From: Bacteroidales bacterium H4
GTDB lineage: Bacteria; Bacteroidota; Bacteroidia; Bacteroidales; Muribaculaceae
Assembly (NCBI GenBank): GCA_001701165.1
Contig: DAAP01000044.1
Span: forward strand, 2,008-66,007
DNA: 64,000 nt
Reading direction: 5' to 3'
Shown here: positions 10,395 through 21,000 of the stretch, piece by piece
Position numbering within the stretch: the first letter of the stretch is position 1
Layout: the number at the start of each line of letters is the position of its first letter
Translations under genes and position numbers: made by a program
The notes under the pieces: model-generated
The model's input: only the letters and a program-made list of their open reading frames with translations
The model's database searches: none
Told to the model about the DNA's origin: nothing

Positions 10395-10581
10395 CAGGTG
10401 CACGGCCATCGGCCGTGCTTAAAAGGGAATCGGGTGTGAATCCCGAACAGTCCCGCTGCTGTGAGCCTCACGCCACTGTGCGTCAGCACATTGGCACGAC
10501 CTCGGGCATACGTCACTATACCGCTGCAGGCGGTACGGGAAGGCGTCCGAAGCCGGTCGGAGGCGAGTCAGAAGACCTGCC
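10395..10581 (+). ncRNA. Cobalamin (B12) riboswitch
   Basis: Reads CAGGTG...AAAAGGGAAtcgGGTGtgAAtCCcgaaCaGtCCCGCtgCTGT...GCCACTG...GGGAAGGC...AGTCAGAAGACCTGCC. The conserved core, the GCCACTG element and the B12 box are all present. The P1 helix CAGGT/ACCTG closes the element. Confidence 0.88.
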
Positions 10582-10792
10582 TGAGAGCAAAAATGCCGAT
10601 GCTCTGCCAAGGGCGTTATAGCGACGCCGGCTTGCGAGGACGAGCTCAGAGTCTCATCAGACCCGAAATTCCTGCCGGGAATATGGGCGCATTGCGCGCC
10701 GCGCGTTCCGGAGGATGCGGCAACAGCATCTGCGACATGTTTCACCCACGCCCTTGTCCGCCACTGCGGAAGGAGCACAACACATTCGTCAG

Positions 10793-12922
10793 ATGCCACA
10801 AACATCTAAGACATTTTTGAAAGAACACCGCGTATGCCGCCGAGTATGCGTGGCGGCCGTCCTCGCATTTGCAGCCGCCACCGCCGTGTATGCACAACCC
10901 CCCGAAGGGGCTTCATCGGTCTTGGCCGAGCGCGACAGCGCCGCCACCATTGCACGCTCGATGGCATGGAGCGACAGCATCCAGTCGCTGCACGAGCTGA
11001 TAGTGACCACGCGCCGCCCGTGGGAACCCACCGAGATTATTCCGGTGCAGACACTTGCCGGCGAGGAGTTGCGCCGTCTGTCCAGCAATAGCGTGGCCGA
11101 CGCCTTGCGCTATTTCTCGGGCGTACAGGTCAAGGATTACGGAGGCGTTGGCGGCATAAAGACCGTCAACATCCGCTCGATGGGCACCAATCATACCGGC
11201 GTAGTGTACGATGGCGTAGCCTTGGGCAATGCCCAAAACGGGCAGATAGATCTCGGGCAGTTCTCGCTGGATAATATGGAGGCGCTGTCGCTGTACAACG
11301 GACAAAAAAGTCAGATACTGCAGCCGGCACGCGACTTCGGCAACGCCGGTACAATATATATGCGCACCGCCGTGCCACAATTTAAGGGCGACGAGACATA
11401 CCACGCCCGCGCGGCAGTACGCACCGGCAGTTTTGACCTCATCAATCCCTCGGCTTTGGTTCAGCTCAAGTTGTCTCGCCGCGTAAGCGCCTCGCTCAGT
11501 GCCGAATGGCTCAATTCGTCCGGTAAATACAAATTCCGCTATCGCCGTGTCAATCCCGCCGGCGAAGTAGCCTATGACACCACGGCCACGCGTCAAAACG
11601 GCGATATCAACGCCACGCGCCTCGAGGCTTCGGTCTTCGGCAAGACATCGCACGGCAATTGGATGGCCAAGGCCTACAACTATAATAGCGAACGAGGCAT
11701 ACCCGGTGCCATCGTCAACAACGTATGGCGGCGCGGCGAACGCATTTGGGACACCAACAGCTTTATCCAAGGACATTGGCGTGCCACATACGGGCGCTGG
11801 ACCACTTTGGCCAATGCCAAGTATGCTTTCTACCGCACGCATTACGTCAACAACGATGACAAGCAAATCAAGGTGGACAACCTCTACCGCCAGCGTGAGG
11901 TCTACGTGTCCACAGCCAACCAATACGACATCATTCCCGGCAAATGGGAAGTGTCGGCCAGCTATGATTTCATGTTCAACAGCCTCGATGCAGATGTATA
12001 CGACTTTGTACGCCCCGAGCGCTATTCCAATCTGTTGTCCGCCGCCACTGCCATCACACTCGGCCGCTTCAAGGGTCAGGCCTCGGCCTTGGCCACTTTT
12101 GTCCGCGACATGCTCGAAGAGGTTCAGGACCCGCCTACGAAGCACGTTTTCACTCCGGCCGTGTACGCTTCATATGCCTTTGTAGATTGTAAAACCAAGC
12201 GCGGTTCTGATATGCTGTCTCTGCGTGCATTCTACAAGCGTTCATTTCGTATGCCCACTTTCAACGACCTATATTACGCCGATATGGGCAACTCCAAGCT
12301 CAATCCCGAGCGCGTCACCCAGTACAACGTCGGCATCGTGTACGACCATGTACGCCGCCACTCGCTGCTATCGTCCATCAAATTCAGTGCCGACGGATAT
12401 TACAACAAGGTACACGATAAGATTGTGGCCTACCCCAAGGGACAGCAATTCCGTTGGACGATGCTCAATCTGGGACTTGTGGACATCCGCGGTGTCGACA
12501 TCAGCGCCGCCGCCACCGTTACCCCGCGCCGCGATATGGACATCACCCTGCGCCTGCAATACACTTGGCAACGCGCTATAGACATTACCAATCCCGAGGA
12601 CAACTACTATCGTGACCAAATCCCATACATACCGCACCACAGCGGAAGTGCCATAGCCAACATTGCATGGCGGCGCTGGAACCTCAACTACAGTTTCATA
12701 TACGTAGGCGAGCGCTACAACCAGCAGGAAAACATCCGCTACAACTACACACAGCCCTGGTACACCAGCGATGTATCGCTGACGCGCGACTTCACCCTCG
12801 GCAAAGTCGGCCTTCGCGCCACCGTCGAAGTCAACAACCTGTTGTCCCAGGACTACGATGTTATCATCAACTACCCCATGCCCAAGCGCAACTATCGTTT
12901 TACCCTAACCGTAACGATATGA
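10793..12922 (+). CDS. btuB: TonB-dependent outer-membrane transporter, BtuB-like (B12-riboswitch controlled)
   Basis: Signal peptide ...VCVAAVLAFAAATAVYAQ. Plug-domain blocks: LHELIVTTRR, ADALRYFSGVQVKDYGGVGGIKTVNIRSMG and VVYDGVALGNAQNGQIDLGQF. A barrel of about 22 strands follows, ending ...RNYRFTLTVTI. It lies directly downstream of the riboswitch. The start is set at MPQTSKTF (10793). Confidence 0.85.
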   Translation: MPQTSKTFLKEHRVCRRVCVAAVLAFAAATAVYAQPPEGASSVLAERDSAATIARSMAWSDSIQSLHELIVTTRRPWEPTEIIPVQTLAGEELRRLSSNSVADALRYFSGVQVKDYGGVGGIKTVNIRSMGTNHTGVVYDGVALGNAQNGQIDLGQFSLDNMEALSLYNGQKSQILQPARDFGNAGTIYMRTAVPQFKGDETYHARAAVRTGSFDLINPSALVQLKLSRRVSASLSAEWLNSSGKYKFRYRRVNPAGEVAYDTTATRQNGDINATRLEASVFGKTSHGNWMAKAYNYNSERGIPGAIVNNVWRRGERIWDTNSFIQGHWRATYGRWTTLANAKYAFYRTHYVNNDDKQIKVDNLYRQREVYVSTANQYDIIPGKWEVSASYDFMFNSLDADVYDFVRPERYSNLLSAATAITLGRFKGQASALATFVRDMLEEVQDPPTKHVFTPAVYASYAFVDCKTKRGSDMLSLRAFYKRSFRMPTFNDLYYADMGNSKLNPERVTQYNVGIVYDHVRRHSLLSSIKFSADGYYNKVHDKIVAYPKGQQFRWTMLNLGLVDIRGVDISAAATVTPRRDMDITLRLQYTWQRAIDITNPEDNYYRDQIPYIPHHSGSAIANIAWRRWNLNYSFIYVGERYNQQENIRYNYTQPWYTSDVSLTRDFTLGKVGLRATVEVNNLLSQDYDVIINYPMPKRNYRFTLTVTI

Positions 12923-13014
12923 CAAATCGCGACATGGACACAAAGACGATGATACCACGTGCCGCCTCTGCGGTACGCAACTGCGGCTATAATGACACAA
13001 TAATATATAGACCT

Positions 13015-14193
13015 ATGATTCATCCCCATACGTCATTCCGACTAACGGGATGTATGATTTGTTTTCTGCTACTCATGCTATGTGCCACGAGCTGTCGAGA
13101 GGACGAGCTCGTGGTGCCGGCAGAGTATGACCCCGTGCCGGCGGTGTCGGACAGCGAGGGCCGCATACGCGGGATGTATCTGCTCAACGAAGGCAATATG
13201 GGCAGCAACAAATGCACTCTGGACTATCTTGACTACGTCACCGAGCTGTATGCCCGCAACATATACCCCGAGCGAAACCCCAATGTCATCAAGGAACTCG
13301 GCGATGTCGGCAACGATATCGCCATCTACGGCAGCAAACTCTATATCGTGGTAAATTGCAGCCATAAAGTCGAAGTGCTGGATGCGAAAACAGCCGTACG
13401 CATCGCGCAAATCGACATTCCCAATTGTCGATATATCAAATTCCACCGCGGCAAGGCCTACGTCAGCAGCTACGTCGGTCCGGTACTAATCGATCCCGAT
13501 TCGCCCAAAGGTGCGGTCTACGAGGTGGACACCACCAGCCTCAAAGTCACCGGGCGTTGCATCGTCGGATACCAGCCTGAAGAAATGGAGATTATCGATG
13601 ACTACATGTACGTCGCCAATAGCGGTGGGTATCGAGTGCCCAATTACGACAACACCGTATCCGTGATCCAGCTTATAGACTTCAAACAAGTGCGTCAGAT
13701 ACCCGTAGCTATCAACCTGCACCGCATACGCAAGGACCGGTACGGACGCCTATGGGTGACCTCGCGCGGCGACTACAACAGCGTGCCGCCACGCCTGTAC
13801 TACCTTGAGCGCGACGAAGGCTCCGGCGAAATGCGCGTGGCCGGATGTCTGGACATCGCCGTGAGCGACATGGCCATACGCGACGATAGCATGTACTACA
13901 TAGGTGTCGCATGGAGCAATTTCACCGGTACCAACACTATATCCTACGGCATAATCAACGTGCGCGACCGACAGCGCGTGGCCGACAACTTCATCACCGA
14001 CGGCACCGAACAGAACATCAAAATGCCTTACGGCATAAGCGTCCACCCCGTCACGGGAGACATCTACGTCACCGATGCCAAGAATTACGTATCCTCGGGT
14101 ACGCTCTATTGCTTCAGCCCCGACGGCAAACGCCAATGGAGTGTCCGCACAGGCGACATTCCGGCTCATATATGCTTTTACGAAAAACGATGA
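13015..14193 (+). CDS. Surface lipoprotein, YncE/DUF5074-like beta-propeller (occupies the BtuG-equivalent position)
   Basis: Lipoprotein signal MIHPHTSFRLTGCMICFLLLMLCATSC. The repeated strand patterns resemble beta-propeller lipoproteins encoded beside Bacteroidetes TonB transporters (GMYLLNEGNMGSN, KLYIVVNCSHKVEVLD, KAYVSSY, YMYVANSGG, RLWVTSRG, DIYVTDAKNY). An alternative start at 12919 would overlap the btuB stop codon (ATGA). Confidence 0.72.
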   Translation: MIHPHTSFRLTGCMICFLLLMLCATSCREDELVVPAEYDPVPAVSDSEGRIRGMYLLNEGNMGSNKCTLDYLDYVTELYARNIYPERNPNVIKELGDVGNDIAIYGSKLYIVVNCSHKVEVLDAKTAVRIAQIDIPNCRYIKFHRGKAYVSSYVGPVLIDPDSPKGAVYEVDTTSLKVTGRCIVGYQPEEMEIIDDYMYVANSGGYRVPNYDNTVSVIQLIDFKQVRQIPVAINLHRIRKDRYGRLWVTSRGDYNSVPPRLYYLERDEGSGEMRVAGCLDIAVSDMAIRDDSMYYIGVAWSNFTGTNTISYGIINVRDRQRVADNFITDGTEQNIKMPYGISVHPVTGDIYVTDAKNYVSSGTLYCFSPDGKRQWSVRTGDIPAHICFYEKR

Positions 14194-15425
14194 TGCGAAC
14201 ACCGAATAAAGGCATATTATTCATTCTGACAGCAGCGATGGCCGTCATTGTCTGCGGCTGTAACGGCGGCGACACGCCCATCGTCAGCCTCGGGCTGGAC
14301 GATTACTACCGCGTGGCACGCATGACCAAGCTCGACCTTGACCCGGCACTCACCGGACAGGACTACCGCTGGACCATCACGCGCCCAGACGGCACCGACA
14401 GCATCATCGAAGGACAACGACGTCTGGTATTCCTCACCGCCGAAGAAGGACGCTACACGCTGCGTTTCGACATCAAAGACCCCTCCGTACCCATGAGCCA
14501 TACGATGACCGTAGACGTACTTCACGAAGAAGTCGAATTCAGTCCCTACATAGCCACCGTGACCGAATATTGCCCCGCCCCGGGACAGTTTGTCAACGAG
14601 ATGCCGCGATACGATGAGGGCGATACAGCCGAGGACATGGCACGCAAGGCCGGCGAGTGCATCAGCGGCACCAACGATGTGATGATTTCGCTCGGCGCCT
14701 ACGGCGGTTACGTGACCTTTGCCTTTGACCACACCGTGGTCAACCTTCCCGGCAACGACTTCCGCATTTGGGGCAACTGCTTCTACGAAGCCACCCATCC
14801 CGAAGACCGCGGCGGCAGCGCCGAGCCGGGCATAGTAATGGTGAGCTACGACGCCAATTGCAACGGCATCGCCGATGACCCATGGTACGAGCTGGCCGGC
14901 AGCGAATACTATTCGTCCAAGACACATCACAACTACACAATTACATACAGCCGGCCCGACCCCAACGCCGAGCCGGTAGAAGACGGCGCACTCGACAATT
15001 TGTACTACATCCCATGGAAGGACAATACCGGAGCAACGGGATACGTCGCCCACAACATATTCCACGACGGCGAGTACTGGCCCAAATGGATGCCGCAGCA
15101 GACGCTGACATTCCAAGGCAGTTGCCTGGCGCCCAACGCCATAGACCGCAGCGGAGTCGGCTCCTACTACATCCTGTACAGCTACGACTGGGGCTATGTA
15201 GACAATCATCCCAACGACTATCCCGAGCTCAACAGCTTCGACATCTCCAACGCCGTAGACTCCGAAGGACGTCCCGTCAAGCTGCCCGGCGCCGACTGGA
15301 TACGCGTATACACCGCCGTCAACCAATACTGCGGATGGATTGGCGAGACTTCCACCGAGTTGAGTCGCGCCGCCGACCTCCACGTCATCGCTACTATGGT
15401 ACCTACCGCCGCCCGTCGACGCTGA
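14190..15425 (+). CDS. Surface lipoprotein of unknown function (N-terminal PKD/Ig-like module plus a ~300-aa C-terminal domain)
   Basis: Lipobox in MMRTPNKGILFILTAAMAVIVCGCNGG. The ATG overlaps the upstream stop codon (ATGA at 14190-14193). The upstream part of ORF 13911..15425 overlaps the preceding gene and was discarded. Confidence 0.7.
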   Translation: MMRTPNKGILFILTAAMAVIVCGCNGGDTPIVSLGLDDYYRVARMTKLDLDPALTGQDYRWTITRPDGTDSIIEGQRRLVFLTAEEGRYTLRFDIKDPSVPMSHTMTVDVLHEEVEFSPYIATVTEYCPAPGQFVNEMPRYDEGDTAEDMARKAGECISGTNDVMISLGAYGGYVTFAFDHTVVNLPGNDFRIWGNCFYEATHPEDRGGSAEPGIVMVSYDANCNGIADDPWYELAGSEYYSSKTHHNYTITYSRPDPNAEPVEDGALDNLYYIPWKDNTGATGYVAHNIFHDGEYWPKWMPQQTLTFQGSCLAPNAIDRSGVGSYYILYSYDWGYVDNHPNDYPELNSFDISNAVDSEGRPVKLPGADWIRVYTAVNQYCGWIGETSTELSRAADLHVIATMVPTAARRR

Positions 15426-15479
15426 AATATAACGGCCGATATCGTAAGCATACCGATATATATTATAATCCTAAGTAAA

Positions 15480-16889
15480 ATGAAAAAATTCTACAACAAG
15501 AGCCTGTTGGCTGCCTTTACCCTTGCCATGGTAGCCGCACCTGCTGTTTGGGCCGAAGAAGACCTCTCGGGAGGTTTCTTCTACCTCAACGAAGACTGGT
15601 ACGGACACAACAACTCCACTATCAACTACTTGCGCCCGGACGACCCGGACGGCAACTACTGGGAGTATCGCGTATTTCAGACCCGCAATCCGGGCAAGGA
15701 ACTCGGATGTACCGCACAAGACGGTATCGCCTGGGGCGGCCGCCTGTACCTCATCTCCAAGCAGGAGAAAGACCCCGGAGCATCCGTCACCGGCGCCCGT
15801 ATCACCGTATGCGATTACACTACAATGAAATGTATAGCCCAACTGACCAATATCGACCCATCCGGTGCACGTTGTGACGGCCGCGGTGTCGTAGGTGTTT
15901 CGGCCGACAAGGTGTACATATCTTCGACCAACGGTGTATGGGTATTCGACACCCACACCAATACCGTAATCAAGCAGATTGCCGGAACCGAAAACCCCAA
16001 TGGCAATAGCGATCAGGATGCCACCAACCCCTCCGGCTCGCTGTATCACGGACAATGCGGCGCTATGGTCCTGAGCGGTAAATACGTATTCATCGCTCAC
16101 CAAACCTACGGCGTGCAAGTCGTGGATGCAGCCACCGACCAAATAGTCAAGACCATCGACTTCAAACAACTCGGCGATGACATAGGCGTAGGTTCGCTTA
16201 TAAAGGATCGCAACGGTGTCATCTGGGCCGGCGTCAACGGCAGCATTTCGTCCAGCTATGGCGAGACAATGTCATACGTCGTACGCATCGACCCGGTAGC
16301 TCTCGAGCCCGAATTCATCGAGCTTGACGCATCCGTACCCCAGCCCACCAACTCGTGGTACGCTTGGACACCCGATTGTATGTGCGCCAGCATGAAAAAC
16401 GACTACATCTACTGGAAAGGCGATGCAGGATACTTCATGTGGTACCAGTCCTCTCAGGTAGTACGCTTCAACACCGTCACCCGCCAAGCCGAAACCATCA
16501 TCGAAACCGGCGGAACATACACCAGCAAGGACCGTTACATCTACGGTTCGTCGATGCGCATCCATCCCGTGACGGACGAAATATACATAGCCGTCAATCA
16601 GGACACCGGCGTCAACAAATATTGGACACGCCGTTACAGTTCCTCGGGCGAACTTCTCAAAGAGTACAATATGGTCAAGAGCTACTGGTTCCCCTCGCTG
16701 CCCATCTTCACCGAAAATGACGATAAGAGCACTACCGGCATAGGCGACATCACCATCCCCAACACCGACATCAACGCCGCACCCGAATACTTCGACCTGC
16801 AAGGCCGTCGTATCAATCCGGAGAACGCACCCGCAGGCATATACATCGAACGCCGCGGTGCAAAAACTCAAAAAATACTACTGCGCTAA
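15480..16889 (+). CDS. Secreted beta-propeller protein (same family as 13015..14193) with a T9SS C-terminal sorting domain, paralogue 1
   Basis: Signal peptide MKKFYNKSLLAAFTLAMVAAPAVWA. Contains GGFFYLNEDWYGHNNSTINYL, RLYLISKQ, KVYISSTNGVWVFD, YVFIAHQTYGVQVVD, EIYIAV and YWFPSLPIF. The CTD ends ...YFDLQGRRINPENAPAGIYIERRGAKTQKILLR. Confidence 0.75.
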   Translation: MKKFYNKSLLAAFTLAMVAAPAVWAEEDLSGGFFYLNEDWYGHNNSTINYLRPDDPDGNYWEYRVFQTRNPGKELGCTAQDGIAWGGRLYLISKQEKDPGASVTGARITVCDYTTMKCIAQLTNIDPSGARCDGRGVVGVSADKVYISSTNGVWVFDTHTNTVIKQIAGTENPNGNSDQDATNPSGSLYHGQCGAMVLSGKYVFIAHQTYGVQVVDAATDQIVKTIDFKQLGDDIGVGSLIKDRNGVIWAGVNGSISSSYGETMSYVVRIDPVALEPEFIELDASVPQPTNSWYAWTPDCMCASMKNDYIYWKGDAGYFMWYQSSQVVRFNTVTRQAETIIETGGTYTSKDRYIYGSSMRIHPVTDEIYIAVNQDTGVNKYWTRRYSSSGELLKEYNMVKSYWFPSLPIFTENDDKSTTGIGDITIPNTDINAAPEYFDLQGRRINPENAPAGIYIERRGAKTQKILLR

Positions 16890-16901
16890 TCAGATATTCT
16901 A

Positions 16902-16942
16902 CGGGAAGACGGTCCACTGACACAACCCGGGTCGTCTTCCCG
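16902..16942 (+). other. Intercistronic stem-loop with a perfect 10-bp stem (CGGGAAGACG / CGTCTTCCCG) and no U-tract
   Basis: The inverted repeat can be read directly in the 78-nt gap between genes 15480..16889 and 16968..17918. Confidence 0.6.
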
Positions 16943-16967
16943 ATATATTCACATATACCCGATTTAT

Positions 16968-17918
16968 ATGGTTAAACAGCTACTCCTTACAGCAATCTGC
17001 TCCATAGCACTGTCGTGCGGAGCTACCACTCTCGACTTCGACAAAATCACCCATTGGGCCGGCGAGGGCGATGCACGCGCCGCACTTGTTATGCTCTTCG
17101 ACGGACAGAAGACCGCACAAGTATGGGGCTTCCGCTGGAATAGCTCCACGTCCAAGCCCTCCGGGTCCGATATGGTGAAAGCCATAGCCGGAGCCTCCAC
17201 CGACTTTGACGCAATGATCCAATGGACCAACTTCGGCTATACTCTCTCCGGCGCCGGCTTCAGCTTTGACCACGCGGTGATGAACTACCTGCGCTACGAC
17301 TTCGAAGGTGCCGTCGATGACGGCAACATCTCCTTCGGCTACTATACACCCAACACGGGTATGGGTCAGACGGGCGCCCCCGGCGCTGCCACACAGGAAA
17401 TATGCAACCGCGCCATCGAAGAAGCCAGGAAGACACACATCATCGAACATCCCCTGAGCCACCGCGAGTACGGATATAGCGCCTACGACTACGACCACTG
17501 GCAGTTGGATGCCAATGCACCCCAAAACATACTATGGCGTGCCGGATGGTACAAAGGATACTGGAGCTACTGGGTGGGAGACAAAACCCTTGACGAAATG
17601 GGCTACTCCGGTCTGGGAATGTCTTCTGTCGAGCTGCAGGACGGGGCGGTCAACGGCTGGGCCTACTACAACTTCCAAGACGATGATTACGGATCGACAG
17701 AAATCGACTGGAACGTTGAATTGGACTACGACCACCTAAGCGTCAATGCCATACAGGAGCTGAAACCGGTGATAGAAAACTCCGATGATGCGGTCGCGAC
17801 AGTATATACACTCTCCGGCGTATGCTTGGGCCGATATGCCGACCGCCGCGACAACCTCCCCGCCGGCATATACATCGTGCGTACGTCCTCGGGCGCTGCA
17901 TACAAGGTGCGTCTCTAA
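16968..17918 (+). CDS. Secreted or cell-surface protein of unknown function with a T9SS C-terminal sorting domain
   Basis: Signal peptide with a possible lipobox: MVKQLLLTAICSIALSCG. The C-terminus is ...VYTLSGVCLGRYADRRDNLPAGIYIVRTSSGAAYKVRL. The central segment is GYWSYWVGD...GLGMSSVELQDGAVNGWAYY. Confidence 0.68.
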   Translation: MVKQLLLTAICSIALSCGATTLDFDKITHWAGEGDARAALVMLFDGQKTAQVWGFRWNSSTSKPSGSDMVKAIAGASTDFDAMIQWTNFGYTLSGAGFSFDHAVMNYLRYDFEGAVDDGNISFGYYTPNTGMGQTGAPGAATQEICNRAIEEARKTHIIEHPLSHREYGYSAYDYDHWQLDANAPQNILWRAGWYKGYWSYWVGDKTLDEMGYSGLGMSSVELQDGAVNGWAYYNFQDDDYGSTEIDWNVELDYDHLSVNAIQELKPVIENSDDAVATVYTLSGVCLGRYADRRDNLPAGIYIVRTSSGAAYKVRL

Positions 17919-18024
17919 ACAAAAACGCACACACATCTTAAAATAACATCATATTATGGACCCGGTTTTGGGTATGAATCTGAATCATACTCAGGCCAAT
18001 CACTAAAACAAATTTCAAACCTTT

Positions 18025-21000
18025 ATGAATTACAAATCATTACTCATCGGAGCATTAGGCTGCTTCATTGCGCTGACAGCCAATGCCCGCGACATCGAGG
18101 TAGACGGCTTGTACTACTCGACCAAGAGCGATGGCACCGCCACGGTGCGCGCCCCTCTGTCATCCGAGACAAAGCCCTCGGGCGACATCGTAATTCCGGC
18201 ATCTATCACCTATGACGGCAAAGACTACAAGGTGACCGGCATCGATGACAACGCATTCGCCTATGGTTATCAAATCACCGGCCTCGAAATTGAGGAAGGC
18301 ATCGAGACCATCGGCAAAAACGCCTTCTTCAACTGCTCGGGATTGACCGAACTGTCGTTCCCGGCATCAGTAACAGAGATTGGTGATTATGCGTTCAACT
18401 CGTGTACAAAAGTGACTTACATCGACTTCCCTACCGGTCTTAAGGTCGCAGGCCCGATATTCCAATCGTGCATCAATCTTACAAATGTAAGATTCAACTG
18501 GAAGTGCGTCGTAACCGAACTCAACGGCACCTTCCAAGACTGCCGCGTACTTCCGCGCATATCCATCCCATCAACTGTCGTTTCAATCGGAGACAACACA
18601 TTCGACGGCTGCAAAAGCCTTGCAGAAGTCAGCTTCTCAGGCAGCAACCTGAAGACTATCGGCGACTGGGCTTTCAACGGCAACAAGTTCACGACTCTTG
18701 AAATACCCGAAGGCGTCGAAGAAATCGGCGATATGGCTCTCGGCGCAATGAACGGCGACTGGAACACCAACAAGACAATGACGTCTGTCATACTGCCTTC
18801 GACACTGAAAAAAATAGCTTACAATGCCTTCAATAACTGCGGCGCCCTGACCGACCTGACCATCAAGCCCGCCGACGAACCCCTGAAGATTGTCAGCTTT
18901 AGCGACTACTACGTTAAGATGTTCCTCTCGTGTCCGGAAGACCTGTCTTCAACGACCTGCCCGCTGAAGACCCTTGTACTGGGTCGTCAGCTTGTAACGG
19001 AGTCATCCGGCACCGATATCACCGACGATGTCTTTTCGGTAAAGAGCGCTTTGGAAGACCTGTTCTTCTGCGGCAGCGTCACAAAGACTCCAAACATCTC
19101 CAATGCAAGCAACGTAAAGTATATTACCGTTGCCACTACAGCCATACCCACTGCCGGGAACTTCAATGACGGCATCAAGGCTACGGCATTGGTGACAGTT
19201 CCTGCCGGCGGTCGCGAAGCATATTCGGCTGTCGACGGCTGGAAAGACTTCACATCGCTCGCCAATCCTTCCGGCGTCGAACTCTCCATCGCGGATCTCA
19301 CCCCTGACGCCAACGGCGTGTACGCAATCGGCCTGAAAAAATCCTACGCATTGACAGCCACAATCAACGATGAGGATACCTCCGCCAAAAACCTGACATA
19401 CACGGCAGGTGTCAACAGCGTCTTGAGCTATAGCACTTATAACGGCAAAGTCACCTCCGGGACCAAGGGCGACGCATACATCTACGTCGAAAGTAGCGAG
19501 AACCCTGCCGTACGCGGCGTCCTCGTAGCCAAAGTAGCTCCTATCAAACCCGTGACCTCCATCACCCTCGATGGCGTCGTTGACGGCGTACTGCGCGTAC
19601 CCTACAACTCGATGATTGCCGCCAACCCCGTCATCGAGCCTGCCGATGCCGACCTCACCGACTTTACAATCTCCATCGAAGACCCCACCATGTGCACCAT
19701 CTATGCAGCCAAGGCCTTCAACCCCACTCGCAACTTCTACGAGCTGACGACCTTCAAGCTCGGCGAAACCAACGTCACCTACACCGCAGCCGATGGCAGC
19801 GGCACACAACTCACCTTCAAACTCGTTGTCGAAGACCGCGACCGCGAAACTCCCATCGACTACACCAAGGGTATGTTCTGGCTCAACGAGGAGTGGTTCG
19901 GCCACTGCAGCGGCTCTATCAACTTCGTGGGCGATGACTACACCTTCACCGGCAAAGTTTACGAGCGCGAGAATCCCTTCCAAGCCTTCGGCGCTACTTC
20001 GCAATTTGCAACAGTATATGCCGACCGCCTCGTCGTAATGTCCAAGCAGCCCCGTGACGGCGGCGACCTCCGCGGCACCGAAGCCGGCGGTGGACGCGTC
20101 GTAATTGCTGACGCCAAGACCCTCAAGAAAATCGCCGCTTTCGACGAAATCGGCGGTGACGGACGTGCCGCTTGCGGCGTAGGTCCCGACAAATTCTACC
20201 TGACACACAACGCCGGCGTGCGCGTATGCCGTGCTCAGGGTGACACATACGTCCTCGATGCTGCCGACATCGCCGGTATCGGCGGAGGCACCAACCTCTA
20301 TGCCAATCAGATGGGCGACATCATTGCCGCAGGCAAATATGCCTTCGTTGTACAGCAGGGCAAGGGCCTCCACGTAATTGACACAGCCTCTGACACCTAC
20401 GTCAAGACCATCGAAGAGTCCAACGCTCAAGGCGTAGTCCTCGCTGCCGATGGCAACGTATGGTTCATGGCCACAAAGAAACTCTACTGCATCGACCCGC
20501 AGACTGCCGATGTACTCAAGGAAGTCGCTATCAACCAAAGCGTAGCCTGCCAATGGGGCTCATGGCGTCACACCAACTTCCTGGCTGCCAAGAAAAAGAA
20601 CGTTCTATACTGGATGGACGGCGGCTCATGGTCCGGCTCGGGCAAGATCTACGCCTGGGATATGACCGGCGACGTACCCACCGAACCGCTCTTTACCCTC
20701 GGTAAACGCGAAGGTATGAACGGCAGCACTCAGAGCCAATACGGCACTATCGGCTATGATGATGCCAACGACCGCCTGATGCTGGCCACAACTCACGGAG
20801 CATCTTCCAACTATCGCTACAATTGGTACTACTTCGTAGACGGCTCCACCGGCGAAGAGCTCAAGAGCTTCGCACTGACCCCGTACTACTGGTTCCCCGC
20901 TATGCCCGTCAACCCCGACCGCGCCGAAGTAGTCAGCGATATCGATAAGATTGACCTTGACAACTACAACGATCCCAAGACCGTTGACCTGACCGACCAC

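Noticed and set aside
10760-10766. A second GCCACTG downstream of the riboswitch, considered as evidence for a tandem second cobalamin aptamer
   Set aside because: None of the other core elements (AGGGAA...GGTG..AA.CC, CCCGC..CTGT, the B12 box) are present around it. It is more likely part of the expression platform.
10913-12145. 410-aa minus-strand ORF inside the TonB-dependent transporter gene
   Set aside because: It is an antisense shadow. The plus frame has plug and barrel motifs and sits behind the riboswitch.
12667-13014. N-terminal extensions in the ORF track (12667 for the propeller lipoprotein, 13911 for the next lipoprotein, 33800 for the CBS-nucleotidyltransferase, 22836 for the endonuclease, 27908 and 29316 for the DUF3298 and ATPase genes, 10030 for the nuclease, 49324 for hutH)
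   Set aside because: The extensions overlap the preceding gene or run through repeat or promoter sequence. In each case an internal ATG immediately precedes a signal peptide, a lipobox or the conserved N-terminus.
14217-15383. 388-aa minus-strand ORF inside the lipoprotein gene
   Set aside because: It is an antisense shadow. Its peptide is Gly/Val/Ala-rich with no signal peptide or motifs.
19003-20553. 516-aa minus-strand ORF inside the 1110-aa LRR-propeller gene (and similarly 20626..21486)
   Set aside because: These are antisense shadows of a frame that has LRR, propeller and CTD signatures.
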